Assembly: GCA_020028375.1 (NCBI GenBank)
Contig: JAHZNX010000001.1
Coordinates: 1-28,239 of the forward strand
DNA length: 28,239 nucleotides
Source: Betaproteobacteria bacterium
Lineage (GTDB): Bacteria; Pseudomonadota; Gammaproteobacteria; Burkholderiales; SG8-41
Direction: 5' to 3'
The position numbers and the translations under genes were made by a program. Below the pieces are notes generated by a model, which saw only the letters and a program-made list of their open reading frames with translations, did no database searches and was not told the origin of the DNA. Positions 25,200-28,239 of this stretch are shown here, piece after piece; within the stretch, counting starts at the first letter, position 1, and each line of letters opens with the position of its first letter.

Positions 25200-27071
25200 T
25201 CAGCGGCCGAAGATGCCCCGCAGCGCGTCCCGCGTGCTGCCGGACTTCGCGGTATCCTTGCCAGTGTCCTCCTTCGCCGCGCCACCGCCGAGGCGCTTCT
25301 GCAGCTCGTCGGTCAGCCGCTGCTTCGCGGTTTCGGTCGCCGCCCTGCCGAAGTCGAGCTTGTAGGACGGCGCCGCGAGGGGACCGGAAATGCGCACCGG
25401 GACCGTCACGCCCCGGAGTTCCTCGAGCTCACGCCCGCCCTGCCCCTTGCTGGTGCCGACGATGGAAGCCTTGACGAGGTAGTTGAGGCTGTCCTCGCCG
25501 ATGTTGATCTCCCCCTCGCCCCCCACGCGCAGCAGCGGCGACTTGATGTCCAGGTCGTTGTTGCGCGCGACGCCGTTCGCGATCCGGAACGTTGCGGTGA
25601 ACTCGGAAAAATCCGTCCGCGCCTTGCTGTCGGCCGCCTGCGTCTGCTCGCCGCGAAGGGTGCCGAGCCTTGCCTTGGCGCTCCGGATCGAGCCCGCGAT
25701 ATCGATGCCTTTCAGCGCGCCGTCGGCGAGCTTGAGCGAGGCGGCTCCGTTCAGCGCCTTCTTCAGCGCGTTCACGGTATTGCCTTGCGATGTGACATCG
25801 GCCGCGACGTCGCCCTTGCCCTCGATGATGTCGCTGTCGGCCAGATCCTTGACGAGGGGCCCGATGCTGATGCCGTTGAACCGGTGCCGCACGGCAAACG
25901 TCGGCGTCGCCGGCGCGGCATTGATGGTGATCGCGCTCGCAAGCTTCCCCTGGTAGAAATCCGCCGTCACCGGATCGAGAGCAACCCGCCCGCCGTTCGC
26001 CTTGACCGCGAGCTGAACGTTGGTGCCTTTGACGTTGTTCGCCTTGAGCGCGCCGATCTTGAGCGCGCCGTCGGCGCGCAGCGCGCGCAGTCCGGACAGG
26101 TCGAAACGCTGCTCCGGTCCGTCCGCCGCCGGCTTCTGCTTTCCCCCGGCCGGCGCGCGCGCAAGGTAGCGATCCACGTCGAGCTGGTCCACCTCCACGT
26201 CGAAGTGAATTGCCGGCGCCGCAAACCCTTCGACACCGAGGCGCGCCTTGAAGCTGCTGTCGGCGAACTTGCCCGCGAGCTGGGCCTGCGCACGCTCCTT
26301 GGCCCCGTCGATGGTCGCACCGCCCGTCACCTTGAACGCGAGGTTCTTCAGGTCCGCCGCCGCTCCCTTCGCCTCCAGCGCGAGGTCCTCCAGCGCGACG
26401 GATCGCTGCCCGGGATTAAAGGTGAGCCGAGTTTTCAGCGCGGCCTGCAGGTCGAGCTTCGGTTTGTCGCCCTGCACATTGAACGAGAGATCGACGCGGC
26501 CCGGGACCCCGGGCGCAATCCGTGAGGTTTTGAGGTTCACCTTCGAAAGCGTGACCTTCGTCCCCGCCGCCTCGTCGGTATATGCGACCGTCGCGTTCTC
26601 GAGGTCCAGGCCCGCGACATCCACGTTGAAGTCCGGCCCCGCGCCCTTCGGGGCTGGCGCCGCCTTCGCGGCGGGCGCACCCGCGAGATCGTCCACGTTG
26701 AGCCGGCCGTCCCTTGCTTTCACGAGATTTGCGCGCAGCCCCCTTACCCGCACGGTGTCCACGACGGCCTGCCTCGACAGCAGCGGCAGCAGCTTCAGCG
26801 AGACGCGCAGCTCCTCCACGGCCGCAAATTCCGTCTCGCTTCCGCGCTCGGACAGCGAAACCTTGCCGATCTTCGCGCCGATGCTGGGCCAGAACGAGAG
26901 CCCGATGTCGCCTTCGAGCCTGAGGGTGCGTTGGGTCCGCTCCTTTACCTCCTGCACGATTCTCGGCTTGTACTGGTTGGGATCGAAGGTCGCGGCGATA
27001 TACGCGAGGATGGCGCCGGCCACGATCACGAGCCCGGCGACGGCGAGCAATGCGTACTTGAGGATCTTCAT
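25200..27071 (-). CDS. asmA: AsmA family protein
   Basis: N-terminal TM, FDPNQYKPRIVQEVKERTQRTLRLEGDIGLSFWPSIG, C-terminal TDFSEFTATFRIANGVARNNDLDIKSPLLRVGGEG...VPVRISGPLAAPSY. Confidence 0.92.
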   Translation of the reverse strand: MKILKYALLAVAGLVIVAGAILAYIAATFDPNQYKPRIVQEVKERTQRTLRLEGDIGLSFWPSIGAKIGKVSLSERGSETEFAAVEELRVSLKLLPLLSRQAVVDTVRVRGLRANLVKARDGRLNVDDLAGAPAAKAAPAPKGAGPDFNVDVAGLDLENATVAYTDEAAGTKVTLSKVNLKTSRIAPGVPGRVDLSFNVQGDKPKLDLQAALKTRLTFNPGQRSVALEDLALEAKGAAADLKNLAFKVTGGATIDGAKERAQAQLAGKFADSSFKARLGVEGFAAPAIHFDVEVDQLDVDRYLARAPAGGKQKPAADGPEQRFDLSGLRALRADGALKIGALKANNVKGTNVQLAVKANGGRVALDPVTADFYQGKLASAITINAAPATPTFAVRHRFNGISIGPLVKDLADSDIIEGKGDVAADVTSQGNTVNALKKALNGAASLKLADGALKGIDIAGSIRSAKARLGTLRGEQTQAADSKARTDFSEFTATFRIANGVARNNDLDIKSPLLRVGGEGEINIGEDSLNYLVKASIVGTSKGQGGRELEELRGVTVPVRISGPLAAPSYKLDFGRAATETAKQRLTDELQKRLGGGAAKEDTGKDTAKSGSTRDALRGIFGR

Positions 27072-27078
27072 GGATTGA

Positions 27079-27084
27079 ATTTTA
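27079..27084 (-). promoter_or_regulatory. -10 box of a probable leaderless asmA-mutY transcript
   Basis: Minus strand reads TAAAAT-TCAATCC-ATG: 7 nt between the -10 box and the start codon, no SD. Confidence 0.55.
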
Positions 27085-27263
27085 CCGGCCGCTGACGCCG
27101 ATCTCTGCGCGGAAAGCTACTCTTCCCTCAGGGGGGATGCTCGCGTGCCGGCGGGCGGGGTTTTTTTTGCCCTTGATTTTGTCCGGCACGCGAATACCAT
27201 TCTGTGTGGACACTGGGGGTCGCCGGCAGTTGCAGCTTCTTGCCAGCTGCCGGGTAAAAATTC

Positions 27264-28172
27264 ATGCGCATCAACAGGTTAGTTGGCGGGGCGCGATTCA
27301 GGGCCGACGCTCTACAAGCCGCCGGCCGGCGCCGGCGCGGCAGTCGTGGCTTTTACCACGAACGTGGGCTCCCGGGCCGGGCGGCGGGCTACGTGGCCGG
27401 GACACTGCTATGGCTGGCGATCCTGGCAACACCGGCGCTTGCCGATCCGCAGAGCGAGCTTGCCCAAGCGCGTCACGAACTCGCCATCAGCGAGCAGGTA
27501 CTGGCACGGGTGACCGAGCGTGCAGAGGTCGCACGCTCGGATCCTGCGACGGGACCCGAGCAGCGCCAGCGCCTCGACGAATATGTCGCGCGCGTGCGGG
27601 ACATGGTGGCTTCGAACCGCGAGCGGGTCCGGAATCTCTCCCAGGCGGTCGATTCCGCGCCTGGGGGCGCAGCGCCGGCAATGCCGGGGGACGGCAAGGC
27701 GCCGCTCGCGGCCACCCAGGCGGAAGAATTAGCGGCACTCGAAACCAGGCTGGGCGTTTCCCTCGCGGATTTCGACCAGCTTCTCCTCGAGGAGGCGCGC
27801 CGCGCCCGGACGCGGGGAGCCATCGGTGGGGCGGGATCCCCGGGAGGATCTGGCGGGGGTGCCGCCGCCGAAGGGCGGTCGAAGGGAGGAGGCGCCGGAT
27901 CGAAGGCCCCTGATGTGGCTCGCTCAGGCAGCGGCAGCGGGACCACGCAGGGATCGGCCGGGGAGCCGGGTTCTCCGGGTGGCCGGATCGAAGGCGGCGC
28001 TCCCGGAGCCACGGGCACCACGGCGGCAAGGCCCCCCGATGTGGGCGACGGAGCCGACGATGACGTCGTCGCGCGTCAGATTCGCAAGCTGGCCGAATCG
28101 GAACCCGATCCGGCGCTGAGGGAAAAGCTGTGGGACGAGTACCGCAGATACAAGCAGGGCACCAAAGGATGA
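27264..28172 (+). CDS. Exported hypothetical protein: coiled coil, Gly-rich linker, charged helical C-terminal domain
   Basis: Signal-like segment GTLLWLAILATPALA/DP (true start may be GTG 27393), helical region, long G/S/P/A-rich stretch, C-terminal DDDVVARQIRKLAESEPDPALREKLWDEYRRYK. Confidence 0.75.
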   Translation: MRINRLVGGARFRADALQAAGRRRRGSRGFYHERGLPGRAAGYVAGTLLWLAILATPALADPQSELAQARHELAISEQVLARVTERAEVARSDPATGPEQRQRLDEYVARVRDMVASNRERVRNLSQAVDSAPGGAAPAMPGDGKAPLAATQAEELAALETRLGVSLADFDQLLLEEARRARTRGAIGGAGSPGGSGGGAAAEGRSKGGGAGSKAPDVARSGSGSGTTQGSAGEPGSPGGRIEGGAPGATGTTAARPPDVGDGADDDVVARQIRKLAESEPDPALREKLWDEYRRYKQGTKG

Positions 28173-28239
28173 GCGCGGCGCGGCGCAGGTTCCGGTGGCT
28201 CGCCGCGGCGCTCGCGGCAGCCGGCCTGTCCGGCTGCGC
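28169..28239 (+). CDS. 5' fragment of a putative lipoprotein (truncated by the window end)
   Basis: ATGA overlap with the previous stop; MSAARRRFRWLAAALAAAGLSGC reads as basic n-region, hydrophobic h-region and lipobox LSGC. Confidence 0.65.
   Translation, partial: MSAARRRFRWLAAALAAAGLSGC

Noticed and set aside
27120-27260. c-di-GMP or other known riboswitch in the asmA intergenic region
   Set aside because: I could not find class I (GNRA plus receptor) or class II c-di-GMP consensus elements or any other riboswitch core by eye.

Overview
High-GC betaproteobacterial-type chromosomal segment with no IS, phage, tRNA/rRNA or CRISPR that I can support. The left part (1-12.4 kb) is an apparently uncharacterised type IV filament (T4P/T2SS/MSHA-like) locus. 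It has an assembly ATPase with an N-terminal MshEN c-di-GMP-binding motif, a PilC/GspF platform, GspL-like (PilM+PilN-type) and PilO/GspM-like alignment proteins, an exported PilP/GspC-like protein and two related pilin-fold proteins, one with an internal duplication. These are followed by an antisense orphan histidine kinase, an ABC-2-type permease plus a helical-repeat protein, and a separately transcribed probable major pilin with a consensus sigma-54 promoter and its own terminator. The middle (12.4-24.1 kb) has a CPA2 cation/H+ antiporter divergent from kdsD-kdsC-lptC-lptA-lptB-rpoN-hpf-ptsN-hprK-rapZ-LON-N-domain, then a double-thioredoxin SoxW-like gene. The right end has mutY and asmA (minus strand), a Gly-rich exported protein and a truncated lipoprotein gene. 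The most unusual non-coding signal is a family of intergenic elements made of 7-nt tandem repeats, often as two inverted arms around a roughly 27-46 nt spacer. The heptamer sequence differs between loci, while the 7-nt period, the GT(G/T)(A/T) core and the position at stop/start codons are conserved.
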